Shown here piece by piece: positions 12,701 through 20,695 of a stretch of DNA of 62,449 nucleotides. This DNA is from a virus (lineage: Duplodnaviria; Caudoviricetes): positions 1 to 62,449 of IMG/VR virus record IMGVR_UViG_3300006923_000022; one strand, 5' to 3'. Within the stretch, counting starts at the first letter, position 1; the number at the start of each line of letters is the position of its first letter. Under the pieces are notes generated by a model. That model worked only from the letters and a program-made list of their open reading frames with translations, was not told the origin of the DNA and made no database searches. Made by a program: the position numbers and the translations under genes.

Positions 12701-13693
12701 TCTAGTACTTTTGCTGAGATTACGAATTTTGATTCATATGGCAGCGACAGCTCTTTCAAAATTAGAATATCTACTAGCGGTACGTCGCTCGTTATGCCCG
12801 GTGACTCAGGTGATATTAGGTATTCTGATTTTGGTTTTGCAGACGACAGCACACCAGTAGGTGAATGGATTCAAGCGTCTGTTTTCATAAAGAAGGATGG
12901 AACAGAAGAACCCATAGCTTTTGTTAATGGCAAGAAACCACCAATTGGCTCAACAGGAATTATGAATTACGTTCACCCAGCTGAACCAGCAACATTCTCT
13001 CCTAAACAATATAACATTGGAGACTACTGGACCGGTGGCTACAATTATGCATTTATTGGAGAAATATCAGAATTCTTCATTTGGAATCAAGTACCAGATT
13101 TTAAAGCCCTAAGAGATCTATACAGGAATCCCCAAAATGATATAACAGCATCGGTTGATTTATATAAACTTGATCAATATATAGCCTTGGGAGAGTATCC
13201 ACATAATCTCAACCCAGCTTTAGAGACACTGACAGATGGATGGGTTCTTAGCAACTCCGACCCAGACGATTGGACTTGGGCCGGCCCTTGGAGGCATGTC
13301 GGCGAAGTGACCGGGAAAACAACTTGGTACTGGGGAAAATCAGAAGACAATATCGATCTTTCAGGCACTTCTCTATCGGGCATGAACAGGATCACATATT
13401 ACCAGCATCCAAATACTGACAGTAGAATAACATTGGTTACTTCAAGTTTATCAACATATCAATCCACACCGGTCTTGGTAGAAAAAAGTAACAACTATAA
13501 TTACCAAACCTCGATCCCTTCTTCCGATTACAATTATTCTTGGGCAACTTCTTCACTTGGAGATAATTACTCTGTAAGAAGTGGAACTCAAAAAATATTT
13601 GGTTATTGGCCAAAAGATGGTCTAAATAAGGTTGCCGGAGTTATAGATTCAGCAATTACCTTCCCCACAGCATCAGAAATATACGGAGAATAG
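3773..13693 (+). CDS. Giant (3306 aa) baseplate/tail protein with multiple LamG/concanavalin A-like domains
   Basis: Repeated LamG signatures (TIQFWLK..WQHHTVT..MDDFRFW; SVSLWF..WMHIIAV..IQDLTVW; SVSFWL..WKHVTLT..LQDFVVWN); ILKSKGTEKSFRNLLRCYGI resembles baseplate wedge segments. Confidence 0.7.
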   Translation: MMSISDFFNKKIVTQSSLEETTSSVESPDLIKEISKKNQTFFPNVNFSDPSNFVHFGSAKEYYEGSIKRIYESYPYDGSEAEKMVFDSKSTYLDQWLLDNKYPKSTGYALFSAEEWGSATSTIDQYAVPTNKEYIYSAGGMHSASLTQHENQDDPIGNHALKDVFNLGVKYDADKNRTINYRMKMDDGITIQFWLKKDAFTTTTDKEVILDLWNGIADSGSHDYGRLTLEMSGGASLATTGSVFYLTLRSGSYGIINRAICASSYNASSISNGVWQHHTVTVKAANTNLDVKYYNNGLLNLARTFPTTVTLADVPNNINAYIGALQTSAQGIPSARGVMVGAGKLSASMDDFRFWKKTLDNEYVYNTWYYPIGGGSNTDDYRTNLGVYYKFNEGITGTSSLDSMVLDYSGRIANGLWVKDSGYTGAVCRNTGSAFASASVLTEEPGDPIIRSAHSSVQSLLIEMQTSGSDYDRTNSSYIYNSLPAWIREEDEANDNIKYLYQILGSYLDTLYVQISEIPKLKDKNYFSASAEPYPFTERLLNDRGLLTPNSFVNGDVMEYFWDRNKHGVHYEQTIEKTKRLIYNNIYNNIDFILKSKGTEKSFRNLLRCYGIDDELVKLNVYTDNGKHYLTDRYKNSSVKTKVLDLNKASRVNASVTQTSSSMNALTFISGSGAELNEKFSAFSFEAGITFPKKPSFGETGYFLDTSLSSSLFGFHQAVSGANAHYGWNTPDDANLQVYAVKAALDSERVKFVVTNTDASIYAESDYYEEVYNAERWNFQLSIKPTGYPFNGSATHTANPTYDVELYGVTHNLGDVRNEFLIANTATYAKGVQIMTQPKRVYIGAHITDFTGSAITPSDVLFDSCRAWMDKLENESIKQHNLDPMNYGHDKIYNATTLFNVTISSSVCIPGADSLILHWNFDQNTAANTTGSFFVEDFSSGSTSNLYGWASNIIERENKGYGVGFPNSDPSPVRSEFIFARRKELPEISFTDDNITIMGDKQKFFIEDEDTTDNVFALEKSMYQVMSEEMLRTFATMKEYSNLFSKPVDLYRSEYKRLRKARELFFNRVEANPDLDRYVDYYKWIDSSLSFFIEQLKPASVTFTKGISDVVESHIFERPKYNRKFPTVKTIQATQGVIKTIGELEYNWKFGHSPEYKTTNENTNCLWQRERRERTGANATQRQSIIDTINTNAQSYNVYLGDNDKNIYLRPTYVTKRFSRPYKLDYELKTTIHGGINYNQQKNRDFVFNVTRPHGAKTNLGIPVNVFTVGAGTGQGITNTRLCYDEEDPTKVVEFEYIMIAGKDSSGDGAAPATASLEYAYKVKGHLASPFKLISGSISKGANKKVYDNYKTDAVITNLHSDTTYFENDIPMQGPFTETWVGGHQSRHVEINKYDTNKQPGDGNAPLNNLDGVYSRPEAWRLVFGEHTDELTKDGAFGFVGADYGGPYPDNTRKFAIYYRGLRAKRPYNVGNISGSAYRLGNYKENYEYFNSVGRLENNTRLKKAASTEDYLIDSLFLPTDIKTILPATTNPLTLIAIAPSGSGNIFGQGESNRLNDNLEMVIDGVSATGSFQVTSSTTYLQQWTGSVVVQGIPKAATHSCLSWTVATGSSLPNGDILQLTASGTDFEIEIDKTSAAAPTGSSNATLSVYPATVFGLNTYRRAIRAKATSAEVSPYADYLNNSQFASNNFSVSLWFNNLNNDTSYNTSFFNFYEGSDQRHYLDISGNDFLLHYENNAGSSDELTFDTNAVTVSGSQWMHIIAVFEVDDLTDNAKAPKMFINGNPVTASGADSYTAPGGTPPAIDKLQLRIDDYCMIQDLTVWKTLLTGSEAAQELYNGGVWKSPATHTSASSIIDYWKMGEELDWDRLQLKTGDELDDYLPAGSKYISSSFGAGGISFPISTSDDEHVELVKGYGDRTNTDIWDALSASLDGKFPGYDTSYISGSQNAHFFMRATSSGVETVDYYATGTGFASPKASSGQAAFASTLKHGDIFRPFPQANLEQEIQISHTTFRGYAGSTGDENRANHRKALHFDTSGTNATMALRNTSYTNTTDATAVSVSFWLNKYTSTQGHIVVLGEGPATTDGIFIDYESGKLKVKIGNGSSGDVAFDVTLGLNEWKHVTLTAYKNLATNPKLWIDGEPQSLDAGYSNVTTPLGSTDQIAIGDFGMSNAAYELQGALQDFVVWNTQLTNEDAMVLYNSGSWLDISSHASASHIWDWWTLGEETNIAQNSGSALSTGTPVTSISPEVGRHSLTVSDNTKIVVTDGIVETLMSNSSFWQGILNSFNTSLGVDAQPAGGGADSGMGISRVDGTITWKSQYHGNPKYTYEYAFEETGSTFAVTQFASNGTLITKRHDGAIGGHFVQFNSTDGAATKFIVDEENTNAAGNYAKVGNDYYIYSSGSDSTFWTRLSGAIFTEFPSYQIYNSSSATGATFYLTGGILTDLYTMGVSENNRTITSGSGPLHPVGAEAIFGGTSFGGFSGLSGGVDQVFEKGLINVIQREDDFLTGSTRNRTVITSRFSAPGGVEVQTYGYLDAYAREYSVHNNLNYRNLTVRGSGSGENTYTVDPSFAITNDSGDESSFNFSISSPGKLFVTPDTNRFAISFWANNTNTFGDVPVFKFTDGTSGEMRLTITLKYDQENSYIVLLAEDLDFSGLDASYVWSGAGAIDVNGGWNHYFIAFNPYGGSDSTLHPFLYINAQSSSLHSSTVVDGLHNNFPAAYGLDTWDEESWSDQYLRTFEINTGYNWAVQDIVLFHNEDSGAPLNWTQNDINLLYNTGSGQTDYVGHPKYAEIVSVYRFGEELRPNGYKNGDSLTKYLDTPSFSPIHTAGTHGKALDLNADLNADKSSIAAGYYVSSVSGFKSMRVNSHINTRDGLRTLYQRPMGRAGVDGNTSVDSSDYDYNASFHKVPRNTVVRVGDEITTFDKIVMKFGAGGSSGDWWYSQDLDTRPGDPQWGGTDWFGLTIVFKWSGEQQPSSTFAEITNFDSYGSDSSFKIRISTSGTSLVMPGDSGDIRYSDFGFADDSTPVGEWIQASVFIKKDGTEEPIAFVNGKKPPIGSTGIMNYVHPAEPATFSPKQYNIGDYWTGGYNYAFIGEISEFFIWNQVPDFKALRDLYRNPQNDITASVDLYKLDQYIALGEYPHNLNPALETLTDGWVLSNSDPDDWTWAGPWRHVGEVTGKTTWYWGKSEDNIDLSGTSLSGMNRITYYQHPNTDSRITLVTSSLSTYQSTPVLVEKSNNYNYQTSIPSSDYNYSWATSSLGDNYSVRSGTQKIFGYWPKDGLNKVAGVIDSAITFPTASEIYGE

Positions 13694-13694
13694 A

Positions 13695-16600
13695 ATGCCC
13701 ATAAACCTCGACTTTGTTGGACTCAACACACTAGTAAGAGAAGAAATAGATACAACTACGAATACCATTGGAAAAGCAAACACAAAGGCTATAAAAATAC
13801 CATCAACTACCACAGCAAATGTCGGTTTAAGTAATTCCTCGTTAAAAGGGTATGGAACTGGGGAAATATCTATATCCTTTTGGGCTAAAACATCAGGTCC
13901 CGGCTCTGGTGGTCCTGATATATTCAAAAGCCCTACAGCAGAATATACCCAATGCTCAATGTCTAGCGGTGATAAGATACGCCTTTATTGGCAATTTACA
14001 AGTAATTATAAATATTGGGCTTGGGATCTTTCTGAAGAAGCCCAAGCTGGCTTTGCGCATTATGTTTTTTCATGGTCAGGGTTACTAGACACAAGTCCTG
14101 TTTTATTTATTAATGGTGTTGATCAAGGAACAACAACAATCTATGGCAGTGGCGCTGGTACGAGACTTCCCATTAGCGATATTCATATAGGTGGAAACCC
14201 CGGAGATGCAGGAGACGAGATACAAGGCAATATACAAAATTTTGCTTTTTTTAACAAAAAGCTTGTGTTAGCAGAAGTAGAAGAACTTTATTCTGATGGT
14301 TTTTCTATTGATATTAGAGAAACATCGGTTGCCTCTAGTGTTATAGATTATTGGCGCTTGGGTGAAGAAGAGGAATTGTCTTCGTTTGACTTTGACGAGA
14401 AAGTAACAAATGGTTTGGAGATTTTACCAACAATTGGTCAAAACTCTTTATCTGTAGTAGAAGGTGTTTTTATTGGTAGAGGCGCTATTAAAGAGACAAG
14501 AAACAAGCAAATTCAAACAATTCCTTCAGCCCATTATTTTGTCGCCTTAAACACTCACAGAAATGGACCATATGGTCATCCAACCTTCAAGCAACTCCGA
14601 GTTTCAGAGAATCCAATAACAAGATATCAGAACAGAAACAATATTTTAACAACAGTGGATTCGGCTGGTATTGAAAGGGCTGTTATAAAAGATGGTAAAA
14701 CAATCTCTATTCACAAAGATAGATATGGTCCCTTAAAAAGTTTCGAAGAACCAGTTGTGGTTTCAAACAAGAAGCCTATATCTTCGATAGTTAATATTAA
14801 ACTAGAGCAGGACAATGAAACCATTGAGGAAAAATTGATCATATCCGCTCCGTTTACAAACGAACTTAGTTATTTCAAAAACGATGAATTGAATATTCTT
14901 AAAAATCTAACATCGGAAACCAGCGACAGTTATGAAGAATTTAAGAAAATATATAAAGTAACGAACTCTGATTCTCCAATCGTCAAGACTATCGAGAGTG
15001 TTAAATTTGAACAAATAGTCTTTCCAACCAATTTATATTCAAATAGAAGTTATACAAGACTTCGACCCAATTTTCCGTCCGACGTTTGGAGGACTGATAG
15101 ACTTTTAAGAACTGAGAATAGTGTTGATAACAAATTTGGTCATATAATTCCATCACAATCAATGTGGCCACTAGACGCAGAGGAGGACTTTTCAAGCCTA
15201 ACCCTCGCCGGAGATCCCGGTGTCTTTAGATTTTATGGACCAGCCGTGCTAACAGCCTCAACGGGCCTAGCCCTCCCTAGTGCTGCTCTAACGCACCCTC
15301 AAGCAGCAGCTTTCTATAAAGGTATTCTCTTTTATGATCGAACTGTTGCAATGGAAACCGCTGATTATGGATATTCAACAGCAATTAACGACTGGGTCGA
15401 GACTCAACTTTGGTCGAATTTTATCTTATTGCGCACTGGTGGCTCGAGTTATGGCGATCACTTGGTAAAGGCTTCACAAGTATTCTGGTCAACTATAGCA
15501 GATACTTTGTTAAATCCAATTTACGGAGGATACAGTTCCGTAGATGTCGTCGAAACCATTCGCTCTAGAAAAGGCATCTATCTATCAGATCTTGGAAACA
15601 TTAATAGTCGCGGAGCTTACAGTAGATATGTTGAACTAAAGAACATAAGAGATAACACCGCAAAACCCGCAGATGCCCCAGAGAACGAAAACTATCGAAT
15701 GCATTGGGCATCTTGTTCAATAGATTGTGGTATAACATTTTGGAATGCCCTATATAACCACCCGAGCGATTCTTATGACACTCTTTTTTACGACGTTTCA
15801 GCTTCCAACGATCTACTGACAGAAGTGGGCTCTGGGGACGTTGGTGCTCTAAATAAACAAATCTATTATTCAACATCATCTGTTAAATTGCCGGATTCTG
15901 CTTGGACAAGCTATGGTTCACCAAGACTTGTTGTTCGTCTTGGAACCAAATGGTTCAAGAATGATGGGACCGTTCATTACGGAAATACACCAGAGAACGG
16001 TGCCGTGGAATATATCTTTGATAACATATGGGGAGTAAATAATAAATTTAGTGTTAACGATAGCGGTTATCACTTAAAGCCCCACGTAGGTCGACAATCT
16101 CACTTCTATGTTTCTTTAAGTCAATCAAATATGACCGTTTTTCATAGTGGAAATGTTCAACTTGCAATAAACGGTGAGTTCATGTCCGCTAGTTTTATAA
16201 ATGATCAGTGGGGCTTTTTCAATGGGAATGGTCACGTACCTCCAAATCATCTAGAATATACTGCTTCAATGTGGACTTCTGTTGATACCGGCTCTACGAC
16301 AACGGATGTATTTTTCTTCCAAGCAGGAAACAGGTCTGATGATAGTCATTGTAATGAAATGTATTTCTCTGATATTGCAATATTCAGTGGAACATTCGCA
16401 CATAACAGTCTTGCACCTTCCGCGATGAATGATAAAGTTAAATACTTGTGTGGTGGAGTTACAGCCACTGAGACAAAGACAAATAATAATACTGGAGTCA
16501 GGTTCCAGCACTATGGATATGCAAAAATCCAAGGAAGCTTAACTGAGCTTAGTGGTCCATTTGTTTGGTATGACTTTGAAAAAACAGACATAGGAGTATC

Positions 16601-19600
16601 ATTTGATTATAGTGAAACTAGTTTTGGCCTAGCAACAGCATCAGCGACTCCAAATGTCAGTGCCTATAACTATTATGCTGTTGGTCCTGATGATATAGAT
16701 GGATACGTAGAACCAATCGCTGAATATTTGAGATTAGATAGTGGCTCTTATGGCGATTTCGTAGCGACTCCGGGTTCTAATTACAATGCTTATTTGATAG
16801 GCACATTCACCGATAGTGGCTCTTCAATGGCCCTGCCGCCGTTTGAGGCTCAACTCGCAGGAGAATCTAAAATATTTACTTCTCCTGATCCAGCCTCACC
16901 GCCAATTGGTGGCGCTTCTGGGAGAGACTCGATATCTGGTCCCGGAATCTTGCAAAATTCCTATTCACAGTTTACAAGAAATTTAGATTTAGATGCTGCT
17001 GTAACAATAGACGTTCAATTATCAGCTTCTGCTTTTTATGCTAGAAGGCATTCTTTAACTTTAGCAGATAGTGTTAGGAACCCTTTTTACTCTCAAATAT
17101 CTTCTTCGACCATTTATCCACTTACCTCCCAACACTTGTATTTAGGCTCGGCCTATTGGGATGCTCCATCACAGGCTGGATACTTCGATAGTGACGGACT
17201 TTTTATTGAAAGGGCGAAGGAGCCGTTTTATGACTCTTATGGAAAATTCGCAGAGGAGTTTAGAGGATTAGGGAAAGAATATTCAATTGTACCAGAATTT
17301 ATGATGAGTAATCACGTAGACACTTACTTAGCTAAGGGACCCTTAGATGAAAATTTAAAAATATTTGAAATGCATGGTGCTCTTGATGATGGTGATAGTT
17401 CCGAACAAAACTTTTATAAAATTTATTCAAACACTGAATTTTTAGATTTGTTTGATGTTGTCAAGCAAGATCACAAGAAATTCTTTGACCCCTATAAAAT
17501 CACTTTGCGATGCAAGGCGATTAAAAAATTCTTACCTTATAAAGGTTTTTATCCTTGTGAGAAAACAACTGATATAGCTCAACAGTTTTATTCTTCTTAT
17601 GCCGGCAACATAACTGCTACAAGTAGTCAAGGTGTTATTGTAGAGGGTGCAAACTATCCCACACAGTATTTACTAAATCCTTTGTTTGGCCCCGGAGTCT
17701 TGTTTAATACAATAAAATCAGGTATTGCCTGTGATTATCCGATTGTCAATACAACATTGGTTCCAAAAACACCAGATGATACAAACTATTACATTGATCA
17801 AGCTTTTGATACAAGAATTCCTTTTGAAGCGTTGATAGAACCAGAAAAATATCTAGCCAACGTCCCTTTGTTTTCAAACGAACCGGACCCAAAAGGTAAT
17901 GCTAAAACAGAAATAACTTGGAATGGACAAGGGGATGAGCTATATAAACTAAAGATGAACAACTTCTTATCAGAGGTTGGAAATTTCTTCTTAGTGAATG
18001 AGAATTACACAACCCTATCATCACTACCAGAGGGAGATCCAAACTTTGGAAACGCCGAAGGAGGAAAAGTCTACAGTATGAGACTAAAGATGTATAGGTC
18101 TGTTACCGGTAGTAAATCTGGTGAAGTAAGTTGGGATGGTATAAAATTTGGTATCCCACAAGACTCAGGCTCAATGGGAGAATCTTTTACCATGTATTCT
18201 CGTCCTTCTGCTTTTGGTCCACCAACTTTATTTTCGGCATCAACCTTTCAAACAACAAACTGGAATAAATATAAGAAAGACAATGCTCCTGATTTTGCAT
18301 ACTCAACTACTACCACATACACTGATGTTACAGCCTCAAGCGCTGCTGATGGTTATAATTTTCCATTTACTCCTCCATATTATCATGGTGAAGCATGGGC
18401 TGATATCACATTCGTCCCTCCCTCAGGAACAAAGAAATACTCTCTTTCTGATATTTTGAACAATTCATCTGTTGAATTCTTTAGGTTCTTTGAATCCGGA
18501 TCTATTCCTCAAAAACAACTATATTCTTCTGGAACTGTTGTTAATAACGATCAAGCTATGCAAATAGCCTCTTCAATGAATATATTTTCAAAAGGTATTT
18601 TAAGAGAAGACTTTACTGGTGGAACATTGGTAGAGACAGAAATAGCTAATAAATATCGCTGGGTTATACAATCTAAGTTTGAAACACCAACTCTAAATTT
18701 TAATCACCACTCACATGATACTATTACAATGCCGAGTGTCGCGACTAGTTCTGTTCCAATTGGGATGTGGCACCAATATGGAAAAATACCTCAAAGTACA
18801 AATGAAGGAATATTTGTCCAGATAGAAAATATCCCCAAAACTTGGACAGAAGCTGCAATGAGGTGCGATTACGACACTACTGGTTCTTTATTAAATTTAT
18901 GTGGTTTCTCTGCTGATCCGATTAGAATAGGAGATATTAAACAAACAAAAATTATTCAAGAAGCTGTCGTGGCCATTCCCTTTGTCAGGAGAAACGGAAA
19001 GAACAAATTTTTTATTCTTAATGAAGATGACGTTAAGAACTCAATAGCAGGCAAAAAACAGTTAGTTGGGAAAACCGTCAACACTTTGGTCGAACAACTT
19101 CAAAATTATGTCTTTCCTCCGCCATTTGATTTCGTTAATTTCCCAGATGTGAAGGCAGTCGCTATGTACGTGTTTGAATTTTCACACACCTTATCCAAAC
19201 AAGATCTTGCAGACATATGGCAAAATCTCCCACCAGACATCGGAGTTACCCATGAAGAAGCTGTTTCTGAAATATCGCATGAACTATTTTCGCAAGAATT
19301 TCTAGGTTCCGGTGCAATCGTCGATCAGAATGATAAGTTAGAGAAATTCACAAATTTGAGTATTTTACCATCTGATATTAGATGGATGGTGTTTAAAGTT
19401 AAGAAAAGAGCTACTAATAACTATCTTGAAAAGATGTTTGAAAGAAATGACTCTGGTACAGCTACATCTGGGAATGATATCTCGGCTGGGGTAACAGGTA
19501 AAAAACAAAAAATTGGTTATAACTGGCCTTACGATTTCTTTTCTTTAGTGGAACTAATTAAGTTAGACGCATCGGTTGAGTTTGGAAAGATTGATAGAGA

Positions 19601-19661
19601 GAAATCAATACAATTGGATCAAACATTTTTAGAACCCGTGTTAATAAAAGATGAAGAATAA
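13695..19661 (+). CDS. Large (1988 aa) baseplate/tail protein with N-terminal LamG-like domain
   Basis: SISFWAK..HYVFSW..LFING..GNIQNFAFFNK..DYWRLGEE near the N-terminus; position within the baseplate module. Confidence 0.6.
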   Translation: MPINLDFVGLNTLVREEIDTTTNTIGKANTKAIKIPSTTTANVGLSNSSLKGYGTGEISISFWAKTSGPGSGGPDIFKSPTAEYTQCSMSSGDKIRLYWQFTSNYKYWAWDLSEEAQAGFAHYVFSWSGLLDTSPVLFINGVDQGTTTIYGSGAGTRLPISDIHIGGNPGDAGDEIQGNIQNFAFFNKKLVLAEVEELYSDGFSIDIRETSVASSVIDYWRLGEEEELSSFDFDEKVTNGLEILPTIGQNSLSVVEGVFIGRGAIKETRNKQIQTIPSAHYFVALNTHRNGPYGHPTFKQLRVSENPITRYQNRNNILTTVDSAGIERAVIKDGKTISIHKDRYGPLKSFEEPVVVSNKKPISSIVNIKLEQDNETIEEKLIISAPFTNELSYFKNDELNILKNLTSETSDSYEEFKKIYKVTNSDSPIVKTIESVKFEQIVFPTNLYSNRSYTRLRPNFPSDVWRTDRLLRTENSVDNKFGHIIPSQSMWPLDAEEDFSSLTLAGDPGVFRFYGPAVLTASTGLALPSAALTHPQAAAFYKGILFYDRTVAMETADYGYSTAINDWVETQLWSNFILLRTGGSSYGDHLVKASQVFWSTIADTLLNPIYGGYSSVDVVETIRSRKGIYLSDLGNINSRGAYSRYVELKNIRDNTAKPADAPENENYRMHWASCSIDCGITFWNALYNHPSDSYDTLFYDVSASNDLLTEVGSGDVGALNKQIYYSTSSVKLPDSAWTSYGSPRLVVRLGTKWFKNDGTVHYGNTPENGAVEYIFDNIWGVNNKFSVNDSGYHLKPHVGRQSHFYVSLSQSNMTVFHSGNVQLAINGEFMSASFINDQWGFFNGNGHVPPNHLEYTASMWTSVDTGSTTTDVFFFQAGNRSDDSHCNEMYFSDIAIFSGTFAHNSLAPSAMNDKVKYLCGGVTATETKTNNNTGVRFQHYGYAKIQGSLTELSGPFVWYDFEKTDIGVSFDYSETSFGLATASATPNVSAYNYYAVGPDDIDGYVEPIAEYLRLDSGSYGDFVATPGSNYNAYLIGTFTDSGSSMALPPFEAQLAGESKIFTSPDPASPPIGGASGRDSISGPGILQNSYSQFTRNLDLDAAVTIDVQLSASAFYARRHSLTLADSVRNPFYSQISSSTIYPLTSQHLYLGSAYWDAPSQAGYFDSDGLFIERAKEPFYDSYGKFAEEFRGLGKEYSIVPEFMMSNHVDTYLAKGPLDENLKIFEMHGALDDGDSSEQNFYKIYSNTEFLDLFDVVKQDHKKFFDPYKITLRCKAIKKFLPYKGFYPCEKTTDIAQQFYSSYAGNITATSSQGVIVEGANYPTQYLLNPLFGPGVLFNTIKSGIACDYPIVNTTLVPKTPDDTNYYIDQAFDTRIPFEALIEPEKYLANVPLFSNEPDPKGNAKTEITWNGQGDELYKLKMNNFLSEVGNFFLVNENYTTLSSLPEGDPNFGNAEGGKVYSMRLKMYRSVTGSKSGEVSWDGIKFGIPQDSGSMGESFTMYSRPSAFGPPTLFSASTFQTTNWNKYKKDNAPDFAYSTTTTYTDVTASSAADGYNFPFTPPYYHGEAWADITFVPPSGTKKYSLSDILNNSSVEFFRFFESGSIPQKQLYSSGTVVNNDQAMQIASSMNIFSKGILREDFTGGTLVETEIANKYRWVIQSKFETPTLNFNHHSHDTITMPSVATSSVPIGMWHQYGKIPQSTNEGIFVQIENIPKTWTEAAMRCDYDTTGSLLNLCGFSADPIRIGDIKQTKIIQEAVVAIPFVRRNGKNKFFILNEDDVKNSIAGKKQLVGKTVNTLVEQLQNYVFPPPFDFVNFPDVKAVAMYVFEFSHTLSKQDLADIWQNLPPDIGVTHEEAVSEISHELFSQEFLGSGAIVDQNDKLEKFTNLSILPSDIRWMVFKVKKRATNNYLEKMFERNDSGTATSGNDISAGVTGKKQKIGYNWPYDFFSLVELIKLDASVEFGKIDREKSIQLDQTFLEPVLIKDEE

Positions 19662-20695
19662 TGCCATATTTTGATAAGAAAGAAGATGTATTAGATATTA
19701 AACTTACACCCTATGGTAGACATTTGATGTCTAAGGGGAAGCTTATGCCCAAATATTACGCTTTTTTAGACGATGACGTGATTTATGATTCACGCCACGT
19801 CAATGACACAGAAACAAATTCAGAAATAAAGACAAGAATAATTGACGAGACACCATCTCTCAAACCAATGTACACATTCAATTCTCTTGAGGCTGAAATA
19901 GACGAAACAGAAACATTCAACCTCGGATCGGCCAAGATAGAAATATCAGCTTATTCTAATGAGTATTTTAATAACTTCCGACCAGTAAGCGATACGAATA
20001 CAAAGTTTCTTCAGAATACGCTCGGTACGTCCAAACAAGGGGTGTTTAGTGCTCCTCGGTGGGATATAACCTTGATTGATGGAGACATCAACTCAGCAGT
20101 CAACCACACGTCTTCTATACCCAATTCCACAGGCATCTCTTCACCATCAGCATCTGTATTATTTATTCCACAAATAGAGTGTGATATCACATATAATGTT
20201 CAAGTTAAAAATACAGCCGACGAACCTCCAGCAGATTCCTCAAATTTAGATATCCAAATATTTGATGATGGTACTTATCTAGATGTTGAAGAAGAGCAGA
20301 TCCTCGCTGATATTCTCGAGAAGCACGGTTTTATCCATGATGACTCATTTGAGATTGAAGTTTTCAAATATGAGGACGGAAGTACTACAAACTTTAGACC
20401 TTTGAAGTTTATCAACAAATTGATCGCCAAGGATTACAGAATAGATAAGGATATATTTATCGAAGATCCAACACAAACCTCTTTAGAACCAGATGTTGAA
20501 ACAGTAGAATACTATTTTGATCTAAGGGTTGACGAGGAAATTCCAAAAGAAGATCTCTGTGGAGCTATAAACGAATTGAAAAGTAAAGGAATATATATTA
20601 ACGACCTCGATGTAGACTGTCCAGATGTGCTATTCGACGGAATACCAGACACCGGTCTACCACCGAGTGAACCATGTGGAGAAGAATGTGATTAA
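19661..20695 (+). CDS. Tail-base structural protein (N-terminus paralogous to 26060..27007)
   Basis: LTPYGRHLMSKG..YYAFLDDDVIYD aligns by eye with LTDHGRKVLSKG..FSLGDEEVDY. Confidence 0.5.
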   Translation: MPYFDKKEDVLDIKLTPYGRHLMSKGKLMPKYYAFLDDDVIYDSRHVNDTETNSEIKTRIIDETPSLKPMYTFNSLEAEIDETETFNLGSAKIEISAYSNEYFNNFRPVSDTNTKFLQNTLGTSKQGVFSAPRWDITLIDGDINSAVNHTSSIPNSTGISSPSASVLFIPQIECDITYNVQVKNTADEPPADSSNLDIQIFDDGTYLDVEEEQILADILEKHGFIHDDSFEIEVFKYEDGSTTNFRPLKFINKLIAKDYRIDKDIFIEDPTQTSLEPDVETVEYYFDLRVDEEIPKEDLCGAINELKSKGIYINDLDVDCPDVLFDGIPDTGLPPSEPCGEECD

